Source: Naegleria gruberi
Lineage: Eukaryota
Length of the DNA: 64,000 nt
Strand: one strand, 5' to 3'
Assembly: GCA_000004985.1 (NCBI GenBank)
Contig: GG738886.1
Positions 1 to 12,321 of this stretch are shown piece after piece (position 1 is the stretch's first letter; each line of letters opens with the position of its first letter). The position numbers and the translations under genes were made by a program. The notes under the pieces are model-generated. The model was given only the letters and a program-made list of their open reading frames with translations, made no database searches and was not told the DNA's origin.

Positions 1-699
1 CCCCTTGTCCTCCTTCAAGAAATTAAACTCATCCTTCAAATTGCAACCATTTCTATTCTTACAAATGACAAGTGCACCTTCAATGACTTCTGGAATTGAT
101 TCCTTTTCCTTATAGCAAGGAGCTACCAATTCACAACCAAAATAATAATATTGTTGAGTGCATTTCTTAAAGATGGATCCACCTAAAGCTGAGTAATGTT
201 TCATACAATTAACTCTACATGCAACACAATCTTTAGTTTTTGTAACTGTCTTCTTTTTGAAAAGATTCTTCTTCACTTTTTCTGTGTAAACTGAAGTGTA
301 AGGAGTTCTGTTTTCTAGTTTGGCTTTATATGGACCAATATTTCCATTGAATACTGGTTTTGATTGATCATAGATTGATCGAATGACTTTACTTCTTGAT
401 CTGAAAACTCTAAACAGTCTACTTAATGCTCTGGGGATGGTTCTACCAATTCTTCTTACCACTCTACTTATTCTAATCATTCTACTCATTCTTAGTTGAG
501 AATGAGTAATTGCTTCTAATAGTTCAACGTCTTCTGCTTGGAGAGTTGCTGTGGTGGATCTCTTGACAGAAATTGAAGAAACTGTTTGATCTCTTTGACA
601 TTCAGTGGAAGTTGCCTTGGTTGAGTGTGCAGTAAAGAAAACTAAACAACAAGCAATGAGCAAAAGAAGTTGTAATGTTTGTTTGGATGATTGGCACAT
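1..699 (-). CDS. Partial CDS (5' part only; continues beyond window start) for a Cys-rich, Arg/Ser-rich secreted-type protein; function unknown
   Basis: ATG at 699..697 on the minus strand. The first residues read MCQSSKQTLQLLLLIACCLVFFTAHS, a signal-peptide-like hydrophobic N-terminus. The frame stays open to position 1 and contains many Cys. It is absent from the ORF track because it runs off the window. Confidence 0.45.
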   Translation of the reverse strand, partial: MCQSSKQTLQLLLLIACCLVFFTAHSTKATSTECQRDQTVSSISVKRSTTATLQAEDVELLEAITHSQLRMSRMIRISRVVRRIGRTIPRALSRLFRVFRSRSKVIRSIYDQSKPVFNGNIGPYKAKLENRTPYTSVYTEKVKKNLFKKKTVTKTKDCVACRVNCMKHYSALGGSIFKKCTQQYYYFGCELVAPCYKEKESIPEVIEGALVICKNRNGCNLKDEFNFLKEDKG

Positions 700-3600
700 T
701 TTTTAAGATATAATGGTTGATGAGTTGTGTACGTCTGTCAAGTTAAGTGTGAGAAATTTTGGTCTTTAGAATATTGTTTCATTTATGAAGTGAACTACTT
801 GATTTGCAAATTATGTGTTTCTGTTTATCCTTAAAAAAGAATGTGATTGTGATTGTGGTTTTTTGTGCTAGTAATGGTCATTTTGCTTTCTTCTTTGTTA
901 TTCCCAATACGAAACTGAGTATTAGAAAGAGAAACTTGACTGGTGAGTTCATACGAAACAATATCCACTCCAATGGAATGATTCCTATGTAGACTCTCAT
1001 CTAATGCGAATTGGTGTGTTGAACCAATCGTTTTTGTTCAACAATATCTCGTTGCCTTCACATGGAAGAAAGTTAGAAGAGTTTCGAATTTGTACTCCAA
1101 TTGATTTGTTGAATTACATGAGAAATACAACAGGAAAACACTTGAAAATTGGAGTGGATAAGCAATATGGTTTGTTGTTTAGAGATTGTTTGGATTTTCA
1201 GAAAATTGTGATCAATGAAGATTTGAAGATGACTTCTCATGTGTTTTTCGTATAGTTTGATTCCCTTTCTATTTTTTAAAAGAAACTGTAGACCTAGACT
1301 TCCAAGAGTGTCATTCAAATTAGAGATAATCTCTTCATGGAATAGAGAAAATAATTGAAGAATCTCGCTTCTTAATTTCACTGAACGATTTCCTTGTGGA
1401 AGACGCACCATTCAACTCAAATTTGGAGTTGATGGCACTGTAGTCATCTTCAATGTCTTGAAGAATTTGCTTATTCATAGTAGAGTCACCGAATTCAGAT
1501 TTTGAGTTGAATTAATTTTTCATAGAATAGAATAGTTTCCAAACTAAATTCCTTTGTCGAAAATTCCTTAAAGATTTTCACAAAATTTTCATTGCTCCAA
1601 TTCAGATATGTTATTCTCATTCTCTTTCTTCTTAGGATGGTGTGCAAGGTTTCGAAAAATAATGTAAATCCACCACAAATACAGATAAAGATGAGACTTT
1701 CTAAAAAGAAGAAAACTCTGATTGGTATAATCGAGACTTGCATGAATAAATAGATCAATTCTAACATTAAACGGATCATCAAATCTAAGAAAACTGATTA
1801 ATCCTTTGTCTTTGATGACTTTCCAATTACACACAAAGTCAACCAATACTGTTACAATTCCAATCGTACAACCAAAGAGGATATAAATCACACAGCTGAT
1901 GGTAACAAGTGAGTTTTTGAATTGGTACGAAATTTATGAAATTCCAACCAAGAGTGTGTTATAATGGAGAAGGATTATTAGCAGGGAGCAACTAGTAATG
2001 TTGCTGAGTAAGTTACCACAAAGGAATCAAGTTTACTCATGAAAAATTAACTCAATTCGGTATGTTACATCAAATTTGGGTAAAATAATGCTTCTCCAAG
2101 AAAAATCTTCAGTGAAATTAAGCGATCAGCTTACTCTTCAATGAATCAATAAGGTAAAGAGGAGATATCTCCGTTAATAGAGTTCTTATTTGTGGCAGTG
2201 AGATTTCATTCTAAAAAGTATAATAGCCCTAAATTTCAAAAGGGATAAAAATACTCCATCTGGACTGAGACAAAACATCCTTAATAGATTGGTTATTAAT
2301 AAATATGAAATAACCAAGCTGACTTGGATTCAGAACAGAAGCCAATCATCCACATAGCAAATCTATTGTATTTTATCTACCTCACCAAGTTAGAAAATGA
2401 GTTTTAAAACACAACCAAGAAATTGACAGCTATCCTCACAGCCATTGAGAATTTCAATTGCTAGTTAAAAGTGAACTAGTTGTGAAAAAACGGAAGAATG
2501 TGAATAATTCTACTCACATTGCTACTTTTGTCTTGTTTCGTGTCGTGATTGATGGTTTTCAAAAGTTCCTGCATGGTCTACCACTCTGAGGAAGCAAGCG
2601 AGGAATGAGTACAATAACAATTTTTCTTATTGCCATAACAATCTATTGTTCTCTTGATTACGGTAATCTTTAAAAGGCTACCCGTATCCTAATTATATGC
2701 TGACATTTCGTTGTTATTGTTGAATAAGTAAAAGTGTGTTGCTTATTCGTTGAGATTATTTGTTAGGAGAGGCCCTAACATGTAAAGGGATACAGTGGTA
2801 AAGAAGAGTGTACGCTCTATTGTCCGATAGTGTGCCCTCTAAAACACAATTTTTTCATTGCTGCCCTCAACAAACAGTACAAGAAAACGTACTCGCCGTA
2901 GTCATGACAATATTAGGAAGCTCAAAAGGATTTGGATCCCTAATTACTAATCCAAAATGTTAAAATGTTGATTGGTGAAATAATATTATGTGCAATTTGT
3001 TTTAATTCAATTCTTTTGTATTTTGTTAACAAAGATTATTACTTTCTTTCCACCTGATTGTTGGTCAACCGAGTAAGACTCGTTACTTTTCTGAGAATTA
3101 CTATTATTACTATGCTCTACAAGCACATCATGTACTAATATCCAAATGTTAAAGTATAATTTCAAGAAATCAATTTTTAAAATGATAAATGGACCTTTTC
3201 AGCCAAATTTCTGTCAACTTTTTTAAGAAATTTGACAAGACATAAAACAGAAAATATTCAACATGGATTTTATAAATTATATATCAAAATGTTGTACAAG
3301 ATCTGAACAATTCAGTTATGTTGTTGATTTCAATATTTAGCCTATAGAAGCTGATCTTTGATGACATTTCAAAAATAGCAATATAGTTTTCAGAATTGTT
3401 ACAAATCTCAATGTCAAGTAATCTAAAGTGTTTCAATATTGGGTGTAATCAAAACTTACAATGAAATAATCGAAATACATTGATATCATAAAATTCCTTG
3501 TATGACATATGTACACAAATCAAGCATTTGTCCAAGAACAGCATAAAAACACTAAGGGCGATAAATTTTTGAATATTGAACAATGTTGGGGCGTTTAATT

Positions 3601-3977
3601 GTGCGTATTTTATGTCTCTTCACGGGCTAGAGTCCAACGTGTACCGTTACCCTTATTCAAACAACTGTACCCTAATTAAAAATCAACACACTTTTACTTA
3701 TTCAACAATATTGTGACCTTCACCTTTAATTTTCTTTCCTTATTGATGGTTCCTTGCGAAAATTATGTATGGACCAAAAACGCTCATTTCAAAAAAAAAA
3801 AAGATCACTCGACCCTTACCTCCTCTCACGCAACCACCGGAATTATCTTAATAGAAAACCTTAAGGAGGAATTAATTCTTCATCATCATCAGCGAGTCGA
3901 TCAATATTTTTGTTATTCAATTGGAGATTTTTACATTGTATCATACTTTCTTAATTATTGTTGTTATTAATACAATT

Positions 3978-4967
3978 ATGGGAGGTTTCTGTTCTGTATG
4001 TTTACCAGAGCATCAAGCACAACAAATCTATGATTCTGTTCAGGCTGAACCATCAACGTATATCCATCCGAGAATATTGGGAAGAAATCAATCGACAGGT
4101 TCGAGCTTGACAACCGTCTCCTCAATATATTCCTTTAGTAGCAAATCGAGTTTTACATCTTCATATAAGAGAAGAAGAATACGAGCATATAGAAGATATG
4201 GAGAAGGTAAGTGTTATTATTTAACAAAACAAGCAAGCTTAATTTGATTTCATTGACTTTTTCAAACTGTAACTTTAATCACAATAACAATAGAGGACAC
4301 TGCTTCTTCCTTTGATGATTCCAGCAATCATTTAAAACCACCTTCATTCACTGGATCACAAATCCTCGAATTTCCTCCTTCAATGAATGTAAATATTGGA
4401 TTAAAGAGAAGAGAATCTCAATCCTCCATTAACAACCTTTCCAATTCTTGCGATGAAGGAACTCTCTTACTAGGTGAATATTCAATAATCCGTCCAACAA
4501 TCCCTTCATCTCCTGTAAATAATAACATTCCACAAATCACCACTTCCCCTACCCATTCAAAAGCGTTTGAGAATCGTTCAAGTAGATCATTTGAGACCAA
4601 TGAATCTAGAAGAACCGCAGCAGTTTCATCTTCTTCACTTCATATTTCATTGTACGGTTCAGATTCTTGCTCCCAATACGGTTCACCTTCCCATTCTTCA
4701 CACTCTCCATCCCATTCTCCTTCCCATTCTCCATCATCGAGACTCTCTTCAAATCCATTCAAACCAGCAAACTCAGATGGTGAAATGCTCATGTTAAGAT
4801 TACCAACAGTGACAGACTCCAAATTTAAAAAATCAAAATCAACAGGTGAAGTTCAATACAATCTTGAAAGAAGAATGTCACTCTCTTCCAACATCATTGT
4901 TGATGGTCCTAATAGTAGATTAAATTCTCTCAAGAGTAGAAATTATCTTGTTCAACCAATAAAATAA
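3978..4967 (+). CDS. Ser-rich low-complexity protein with an N-terminal MGxxxS (N-myristoylation-type) motif; two exons, 3978..4206 and 4294..4967
   Basis: ATG at 3978 gives MGGFCSVC. The upstream track 'start' at 3921 lies in AT-rich sequence that looks non-coding. A canonical GTAAGT donor sits at 4207 and a TAG acceptor ends at 4293. The phase-1 join keeps frame into ORF 4383..4967. The product contains an (HSPS)n repeat. Confidence 0.55.
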
Positions 4968-5138
4968 TTCATTCCTATAAACACATTATGTAATCATATG
5001 ATATTATTAACTCTAAGGATAAATCATGGTATTAATAACTTTCCTCCGCTTATTCAGATCCATCCGAAAAAACATACTTAATTTGATCAGTTAATTCCTT
5101 AATAAAACGTTCCTCTGAAAATAAAAAAAAGTGATCAT

Positions 5139-6668
5139 TTACTTGTGCTTTTGAATGAGAGCTTCTAATGTTTCTGGATCAGCTCCTTGAACTTCTTCAA
5201 TCTTGGCACCATTCTTGTAGATTTGGAAAGTTGGCATACATTGAATACCACACTTGGCAGCAACTTCATTGCATTCATCAACATCAACCTTCAAAAAGAT
5301 TGCTTCAGGATAAGTTGTACTCATAGAAGCAAAGAGTGGAGCAATAAATTGGCAAGGTCTATTGTACAATATTAAATTGAAATATTATAGTATAAATATT
5401 ATAAGACAATAGACAATAGAATTAACAAACTTACCCACACCATTGTGCAGTAAAATCAACAACAACCAACTTTTCACTCTTCAAGTTAGTGTCAAATTCT
5501 TCTTGTGAGTGAATCTTGACAACATCACCCAATCTAGCCTTATCAGCAACAACTCTAATGGCTTCTCTGTCAGAACTGACACGGAGACTTTCCATCAATT
5601 TAGTTACCTTGTCAACATCTTCTTCTTCAATACTTGATTCCAACTCGGAAACAATCTTTTCCACAGCAGAAACATTTCCTTCGTCACACTTGGTCTTGAA
5701 TTCCAAATCATCCTTAGCTTCTTGGACACTGCATTCAGCTTCAAGTCTGGTTGGGAAAAAGTCGTCATACTTTTGACAGATTGGGAGATACTTGTCCAAG
5801 TCAAACTTGTTGACACAATTATCGTGCAACCAAGTCAAAATACCAGCAGCACTTCTTTCGCCATCGAATTTAATTGGATGTTCCTTCAAATCAGCTCCAG
5901 CCTTGAACAATTTCATGTTTGGAATAGTACCTTCTGGGAAGAGTTTTTCAGAATAGTCATTAAGGTCAGAATTCATCTTGGAAATGACAATATTTGGTTC
6001 ATCGGCAAGGACTTTGGCAACCTTTGCAATGAGTGGAGCAATCATTTGGCAAGGTCTATTTCCAATTAATATATAAAACGATAAGGAAGTATTAAAGAAG
6101 TATATTGAAATAGGTCAATATTATTCCAAATTAAATCGACAACTTACCCACACCAATCAGCATAGATATCAACAAAGACATCTCTAGCAGGATTCATAAC
6201 AATTTCATCAAAAGCAGAAGCAACAAGCTTGGTAAGACCCTTCTTGTCTGGGAATTCATCATTTGAAAGTCTTTCTTCAGACTTGATGGAAGGTGTAGCA
6301 GTTCCATCTTGAACAGATTGCAACCAAGTCTTGAGAGCTTCCTTATCGAGTGGTGATTTAACAGTGTTTCCAAACTTTTTACCCTTTTCTTCCAACATGA
6401 CTGCAAAAACATTTTCCTTCAAATTTTCAATATCAATACCAACAACAGCAGCAATTGATGCACCAACATAGTTGACATTTTCTTCTGGGTGAACACAACA
6501 TTTGAACCAATTAGCATTTAAAAGAACTGAATCATCTGTTGAAGTCAAGAGGGAGGAAATTTCTTCCACAACAGCATCACCAGTCTTGTAATAGACCAAA
6601 ACAGCATACTTTTCAGTGGATTCAAGTTCTGGAATATTGCTTCTATCAAGTTCAGTGAGAGTGGTCAT
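5139..6668 (-). CDS. Tandem thioredoxin-fold protein: a PDI a'-like domain with WCGPC plus a classical thioredoxin domain with WCGPC. Three exons: 6668..6148, 6055..5435 and 5358..5139
   Basis: Exon 1 ends ...VFVDIYADWCG and exon 2 ends ...[11 protein letters not shown]. In both cases a GTAAGT donor follows immediately after TGG TGT GG. The next exon begins A CCT TGC CAA (G P C Q), which reconstitutes the WCGPC active site. The C-terminal domain ([22 protein letters not shown]...CMPTFQIYKNG) matches cytosolic thioredoxin closely. Introns are 92 bp and 76 bp. CDS length is 1362 nt, in frame throughout. Confidence 0.8.
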
Positions 6669-7209
6669 CTTTATATCATTCCGAATAGAATTTCATCATT
6701 TCCAATTTTAATCAATTTTAATCCAATCATTAACAATTTGTTTTAAATAGCATACATATTCAGCAACAGCATAGACATTGTAATCACACAATGATGAAAA
6801 CAACCAACCTTTTATATAACAAAAAAGTAGTTAGAGGGTTCAATATGTTGTTCTATTTTTTTCGTTTGTGTTTTGTTTCAAGTTTGTCTGGCTTAATTTA
6901 GTCTTCCAAATTGCACCTATTAATCGATGAAGGCGAAAATTGATTGTGTTGGAACTTGATGATATTAATAATAATTTCACCTTGTTCATATTTCAAATAT
7001 TAAAAGCTATAGGGTAATATGAAGGTATTGAATGAACCATCAAGAAATTATTATTTTGATGATGATCGGAATAATAATCGGGAAAAGATGAAGATTAAAA
7101 ATTTCTTTCAGAAAAAATATTACCAATTATTGGATAGGGGTTTTATGTTTGATTTTTCAAATATTACTAGATTATTACCCCTATCGATACAGAGATTAAT
7201 GTAAGTGTA

Positions 7210-7923
7210 ATGGATTTGATGACAATTTGGACTCTTACAATTATTAGAGAAAAATTTAAAAACAATCCTAAATATTCAAAAATCATGAATTTATTGTGGT
7301 ATGCAGTGATTATCATCGGATTGGTGCCACTCTTGTTAGTCTTGTTTAAAAAGACAGATGAGGATCAACAGCAACCAGGAAATACTCAAAATGGTACCAA
7401 CAACAATACATCCAATAATACAACAGTTTCTAGGAGAGGGGATTTATCACTGAGTGGAAACAAGGTTTGCCTAAATGCCAAGGCTTTCCTTCAAGAGGAT
7501 GAATTATTTGAAAATAGAAACGATCAAAAGGAAAGTGGAGAAATCAATGATGAATTTAATAATGATGAAAGAATTAAATCATTGAAAGATTTGACCAAGT
7601 CAAATGATGTCTATCTTATCTGCCAAGTTTCATCGGATGAAGAACAAAATTATTATCAGGATTTATTAGAGACGAGATATGGATTTTTCAATCAAGTCAA
7701 GACACTTTTCTGTGAAACAAGCAAGGGTAAAATTGCATTCTGTCGTCAAATTAATCCACAATTATGTTTTGAAGTGGACAGAGAAACAACCCGAGAATTA
7801 ATCAGATTCTATCAAAATGTTTACATGATCAAAAAACAAGCCAAAAACGGATTGAATGAAGATAAAGTTTTGGAATTTTCAACCATCACAGATGCTCTCA
7901 CTAATGCATCCAAGAGAAAATAA
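7210..7923 (+). CDS. Hypothetical signal-anchor (type II-like) membrane protein, Asn/Thr-rich. An optional upstream exon at 7019..7200 would join through a 47-bp intron at 7201..7247
   Basis: ORF with a hydrophobic segment LLWYAVIIIGLVPLLLVLF. The upstream ORF 7019..7204 ends exactly at AT|GTAAGT. A TTATTAG acceptor ending at 7247 would join in frame (ATA then GAA AAA TTT). The start is therefore ambiguous. Confidence 0.4.
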   Translation: MDLMTIWTLTIIREKFKNNPKYSKIMNLLWYAVIIIGLVPLLLVLFKKTDEDQQQPGNTQNGTNNNTSNNTTVSRRGDLSLSGNKVCLNAKAFLQEDELFENRNDQKESGEINDEFNNDERIKSLKDLTKSNDVYLICQVSSDEEQNYYQDLLETRYGFFNQVKTLFCETSKGKIAFCRQINPQLCFEVDRETTRELIRFYQNVYMIKKQAKNGLNEDKVLEFSTITDALTNASKRK

Positions 7924-8033
7924 ATTTGTAAATAAATTGAAAAGTAATTTAATTGGCTGTCATATTTCTCATAATCATGATACTGTCATTGAGATACATT
8001 GAAAACAATTTAATTGTAAATATTATTAAAAAA

Positions 8034-10457
8034 ATGGCTAAACATCCACCTTTAAAGATCAAAACACAGCATCGGAATCCCGAAGAAGTGAAAGCACTCT
8101 TTTCCGAGAATATTAAATACATTGAATCATTTCTAGATAAATTTAACATTTCACCACAAGAATCTGATTCAATAGTAGATAATTTATTTGAAAAAAACCT
8201 TTCATTGCCTCTCTTTGTTTCAATTTATGATGATACCAATAGCAAGATGAAATTTAGTAATATATTGACCTTTTTGAAATATTTATTAACTGTTGGATCT
8301 TCTGCAAAAGTTACAGGAGAGGATATTACCGAATTGATTGTAAAAGTTTCACCTTGCATTGAGTTTATTCAATATGGACTAGATAATGATATTGGAAATA
8401 GTTTTGATAAATTATTGAGTGGAAATGAACGAATTGATTTTTCATCCGATAAAATTGTTGAGGAATGGCTCGTATCAACTTACCATATCTACTTTTGCAT
8501 GATTAAACAATTCATAGCTACAGGTAAACTTTCTTTGAAAATAATTCAATATTTTAGGAAAGCACTTCTTCATTTACTAGTTATTTTGAGACATATTGGT
8601 AATAGAAAAAGAATGGCAATAATGAATGGAGACACTGATTTCAACCTTTCATTCTCAGAAAAGTCATTTATGGTTTTATGTTCTAATTTACTCAAAAAGG
8701 GATTTAAACATGGTTTTTTGCAATCCAATTATGCTCATCAAAGAGTTTTCTTGGAGGGTATCTACTATTGTTTTGATAATAGGATGAATTATGCCAAGTT
8801 TCTACACACCTTGTTAGTGTCTACAGAAAAGAGAGGATTTAGAACGATGCGTTCCTTAATAAGAAATGATATTCAAGATATTGGAGAATTGACTGGAAAT
8901 GATATTATTCCACATGGAATAAGTAAGGGTGACACTGCCACAAATGTTGCTACTAGAGCGGTCAAATTTCTATGTTCTCTGTATGGTAAAATGAAGGATA
9001 TAAATATGACACTACTTCCAGTTCTCCTTGAATTCCTACCTTTCGTGTTGAAAGTTTTGAATTGGACCTTTATCCCAGCATTTTTAAAAGAAGTTGCAAC
9101 ACAAGTTTGTGCAGTACTCGTAGGAACATTTGAACATGCAGCAACACCAACAGTGGAGAATGAACATTATCTCAACATTATCAGAGACGCCCTTCCATTC
9201 CTATTTAACTATGTTTCAACAAAGATTCAAGACCTTTCTAGTGGAACGCAAGTACTGTGCTATAATATGATTATTTGGATTGCTAAAACACGAACTTCTT
9301 TCACTATCGAACAATTGACTCCACTGCTAGAGATTTATGAACCTAAATTAATAAGTAAGAAAGAGTACTTGGAAATGATCAAATCTGTATGGGTTCGTAC
9401 CGTTGGTAGAGAACATGTTCTAAATCCATTTTTTATGAAACGATTGTCAGAAATGTCAGAAATTGAAATTCTACATGAGGAAGCCTTGCCAAGAGTGAAA
9501 ATGATTATGCATCTTTTGAATATATTTTCACAATCTATTAATAATTACATTGATTTAAAAGTAGTGGCCGCTTTAACCATTAAGAAAATTGAGGAATTTC
9601 TGAACAAGACTGAAAGCACTACTTTACAGGACTTTGATATGAGCAATACCTTCTGTAAAATTTTAATCCATTGTATTGATAACATTACAGATGTGGAGAA
9701 TATCTTTCCAATTCTACACGACCTCATTAAGGTAGCCATCAGTACTGAGCATATTCATCGAACTATCAGTTCTTCTGATATTTCTGATTTGAATGATTTT
9801 ATCTTTAGACTTTTCAAATATGAAGAGGGATACTTTTTAGATTTGGTTCGTTTATTGCATGACAGAGGTTTATTGGAAAAGTGTTGCAAGGGAGAGGAAT
9901 CAGGTGAACTCATTAATAACCTTATACTGCCCTATGTACTTGAACAATCAAAAGGTGGTGAGAGTCGTGTTCCAAGTCAAGCTACTTGGGTACTCATCAG
10001 TTTAGTTGTCTCTGATATGGTATCTTCAAGAAAACTAGTCGAAAGGATCAAGCATCACATTATAGAGAGCTGTTCCTTCCTTCGTGATGGCCCTACAAAG
10101 TTTGACTTTTTACAGAGACCTTACTACAAGGCCTTACTGAGTCTTGCCACTTTAATCTTTGCATACTATCCAGAGGAGATGATTGACTATCTACTTCCAA
10201 ATAGTCAGGTTCTATTTTCCTCTGCACTTACATCACCTGACACTAGCAATTATTTCCCACTATTGTACAATTTTACATTGAGTGCTGCAGAGTATTTTTT
10301 GGATAATGATTTACTTTCTAAAAGTCCTGAGATGTTACTTTCACTTCAAGTGCTCTTTACATTTGTTCATTACATGCCACTGAATGTATCCAATATTATT
10401 CTAGTACGTCGAGTTGTGAATAAGTTTGATTTGAGTGTTAGGGAATTTTCTTCATAG
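8034..10457 (+). CDS. Large hypothetical protein of about 807 aa, Leu/Ile-rich, with no recognisable domain
   Basis: Long uninterrupted ORF 7953..10457. The first convincing ATG is at 8034 in an AAAAAAATGG context (MAKHPPLKIK...). There is no low-complexity region, which points to a structured (helical repeat?) protein. Confidence 0.5.
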   Translation: MAKHPPLKIKTQHRNPEEVKALFSENIKYIESFLDKFNISPQESDSIVDNLFEKNLSLPLFVSIYDDTNSKMKFSNILTFLKYLLTVGSSAKVTGEDITELIVKVSPCIEFIQYGLDNDIGNSFDKLLSGNERIDFSSDKIVEEWLVSTYHIYFCMIKQFIATGKLSLKIIQYFRKALLHLLVILRHIGNRKRMAIMNGDTDFNLSFSEKSFMVLCSNLLKKGFKHGFLQSNYAHQRVFLEGIYYCFDNRMNYAKFLHTLLVSTEKRGFRTMRSLIRNDIQDIGELTGNDIIPHGISKGDTATNVATRAVKFLCSLYGKMKDINMTLLPVLLEFLPFVLKVLNWTFIPAFLKEVATQVCAVLVGTFEHAATPTVENEHYLNIIRDALPFLFNYVSTKIQDLSSGTQVLCYNMIIWIAKTRTSFTIEQLTPLLEIYEPKLISKKEYLEMIKSVWVRTVGREHVLNPFFMKRLSEMSEIEILHEEALPRVKMIMHLLNIFSQSINNYIDLKVVAALTIKKIEEFLNKTESTTLQDFDMSNTFCKILIHCIDNITDVENIFPILHDLIKVAISTEHIHRTISSSDISDLNDFIFRLFKYEEGYFLDLVRLLHDRGLLEKCCKGEESGELINNLILPYVLEQSKGGESRVPSQATWVLISLVVSDMVSSRKLVERIKHHIIESCSFLRDGPTKFDFLQRPYYKALLSLATLIFAYYPEEMIDYLLPNSQVLFSSALTSPDTSNYFPLLYNFTLSAAEYFLDNDLLSKSPEMLLSLQVLFTFVHYMPLNVSNIILVRRVVNKFDLSVREFSS

Positions 10458-10883
10458 AAGAATATTGGAATCGAATTGGATATTATGGCCAATAATGAAA
10501 AATAAGAGAATCATAAAATGATAAGAGAATTGAAATGAGAATTTTTTTGGAATATTCAATCTTCTCTTTAAATACAAAGATTCAACATCAAGAATTGTCA
10601 TTACTAAGATATTCATATAATACAATGAACACTCCCAATAAAGTATTCTGAATGAAAATCTACAAGGAATTTCAAATAGAAACCAATTGCTTCATAGGCT
10701 TGTAATGGACTCATTCACTCCGCCTTACTGAAAGTGGTTGTTGGATTCCAATTAGATTCTGTTTAAATGAGCTTAAAATACCTCACCAACAGCACAATCC
10801 AATTCAATTCAGCCTGAAAAAAACAAATTCAAAACGCGTTGTTTGCGCAAACCTCTGTACAAAATACAAAACACACTCGAGAT

Positions 10884-11912
10884 ATGATGGGAAAGAAATT
10901 ATTTATTGGTGGGATTATGATGATCATGATGAGCATGATGATCGTTGCTGTAGTGAGCGAGACCACAGCTATTGCTAGCTCAGCCATTGAAATTTACACC
11001 CAAATGGATAATGCTGAAAAATCCGCTGTTACTAGCACCACTGTTGCTGTCAATAATACTCAAACTGCCATTTCTCTTTATAATTATCAATATCTCACAG
11101 TCAATAGTCTTCCTGGTTATGCTTGGAATTACTATTATGTTGACTTGAATGCCAACTCTTATGTTTCCATTTCACATGCCAGTAGAAGTGGTGGTTCTAT
11201 GGAAATTTTGATGAATCACTATGATCGTCCAACTATTTACTCCTACAGCAAGAAGAATTATCTCTACACTTATCAATCTACTTTGACCAGTGACCCAAAG
11301 AGCTATTATAACAGACTTTACATTGCTGTCAGAAATACTAATTCTTATGCCAGTAATGGTTACACTTTGAGCGTTAGAATTTATACCAATACTGTCACTC
11401 CAACCCCTACACCAACCACCACCACTATTTATAGAACTAACTATGGTTTGACTCTTGGAATGGGTGTTCCTGCTTTGGTTATTACTCTCATTCTCTTCTT
11501 TGTTGTCCTTTCTCAAATTAAGAAGATTAAGCTCTTGACCTCAAGAATTGAACAACTCGAAAAGAAGTTGCAATACAACATGCAACCACTCTCTGAACAA
11601 GAAATGCCTGTCATGATGAATATTCCACTCATGTCTGCCAATACTTTACAACAAGATCATGAAGAAATTCAACAAGTTCCACAAACTCAACCAATTGTTC
11701 AACCTCCAACTATCAATGCTGTTCCAGAACAACAACCAACTACTCTTCCACATTTCTTCCCACAATTTGTTCAACAACAACAATTGCCACCTCAATTCAG
11801 AAATGCTCAACCTTATCCATTCATGTATCCACCACAAGTTGTTTTTGCTCAACAACCACAAGTTCAACCTGTTATTGCTCAACAACAAACTACTGGTCAA
11901 TCCAAACAATAA
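10884..11912 (+). CDS. Type I membrane glycoprotein-like protein: signal peptide, ectodomain, TPTPTPTTTT linker, one TM segment, and a Gln/Pro-rich cytoplasmic tail
   Basis: ATG ATG at 10884. The N-terminus is hydrophobic (LFIGGIMMIMMSMMIVAVVS). A TM segment GMGVPALVITLILFFVVL follows a Thr/Pro linker. The C-terminal QQ/PQ-rich tail ends at a TAA. Confidence 0.5.
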   Translation: MMGKKLFIGGIMMIMMSMMIVAVVSETTAIASSAIEIYTQMDNAEKSAVTSTTVAVNNTQTAISLYNYQYLTVNSLPGYAWNYYYVDLNANSYVSISHASRSGGSMEILMNHYDRPTIYSYSKKNYLYTYQSTLTSDPKSYYNRLYIAVRNTNSYASNGYTLSVRIYTNTVTPTPTPTTTTIYRTNYGLTLGMGVPALVITLILFFVVLSQIKKIKLLTSRIEQLEKKLQYNMQPLSEQEMPVMMNIPLMSANTLQQDHEEIQQVPQTQPIVQPPTINAVPEQQPTTLPHFFPQFVQQQQLPPQFRNAQPYPFMYPPQVVFAQQPQVQPVIAQQQTTGQSKQ

Positions 11913-12321
11913 ATTATTAACATGTAAATATTGCTTACAATTTGCGTCTTTTTCTTATTGAAATCAGAAATTAGGTTCATTTTAGTGCCAATTACCAATA
12001 AGATCTGATAATCAGATCGAAATCTGAACACTTAATACATTTCTGATCACAGAAAGGGCTGTGAAAGGTTTACCTTCAGTCCAAGCCACCATAATAAGGC
12101 CATCAATTTTTCAACCTTATTTTTACTCTCCGTTTCTCTTGTTGAAACTTCTTAACAATTTTCATAATTACTACCCTATCAGTGCCAAGTCAATATCCAT
12201 TCTTAAACGGGTCCTCCTTTCCATTTTACAGAACTCGTTATTATTAATATTGTACTTTATTTAGAAAGTGGAATTGCTCAATAGGGACGAGGTACATTCA
12301 TTTGCCAAACCCTTAAAAAGA

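Noticed and set aside
1004-1411. Overlapping plus and minus ORFs of 83 and 112 aa
   Set aside because: They are mutually exclusive with no motif support. The region looks like degraded or non-coding sequence and is reported only as a region-level finding.
11172-11961. Minus-strand and alternative-frame ORFs overlapping the 10884..11912 membrane-protein gene
   Set aside because: They are nested in, or antisense to, a longer coherent ORF with a signal peptide and TM. They are low-complexity mirror ORFs.
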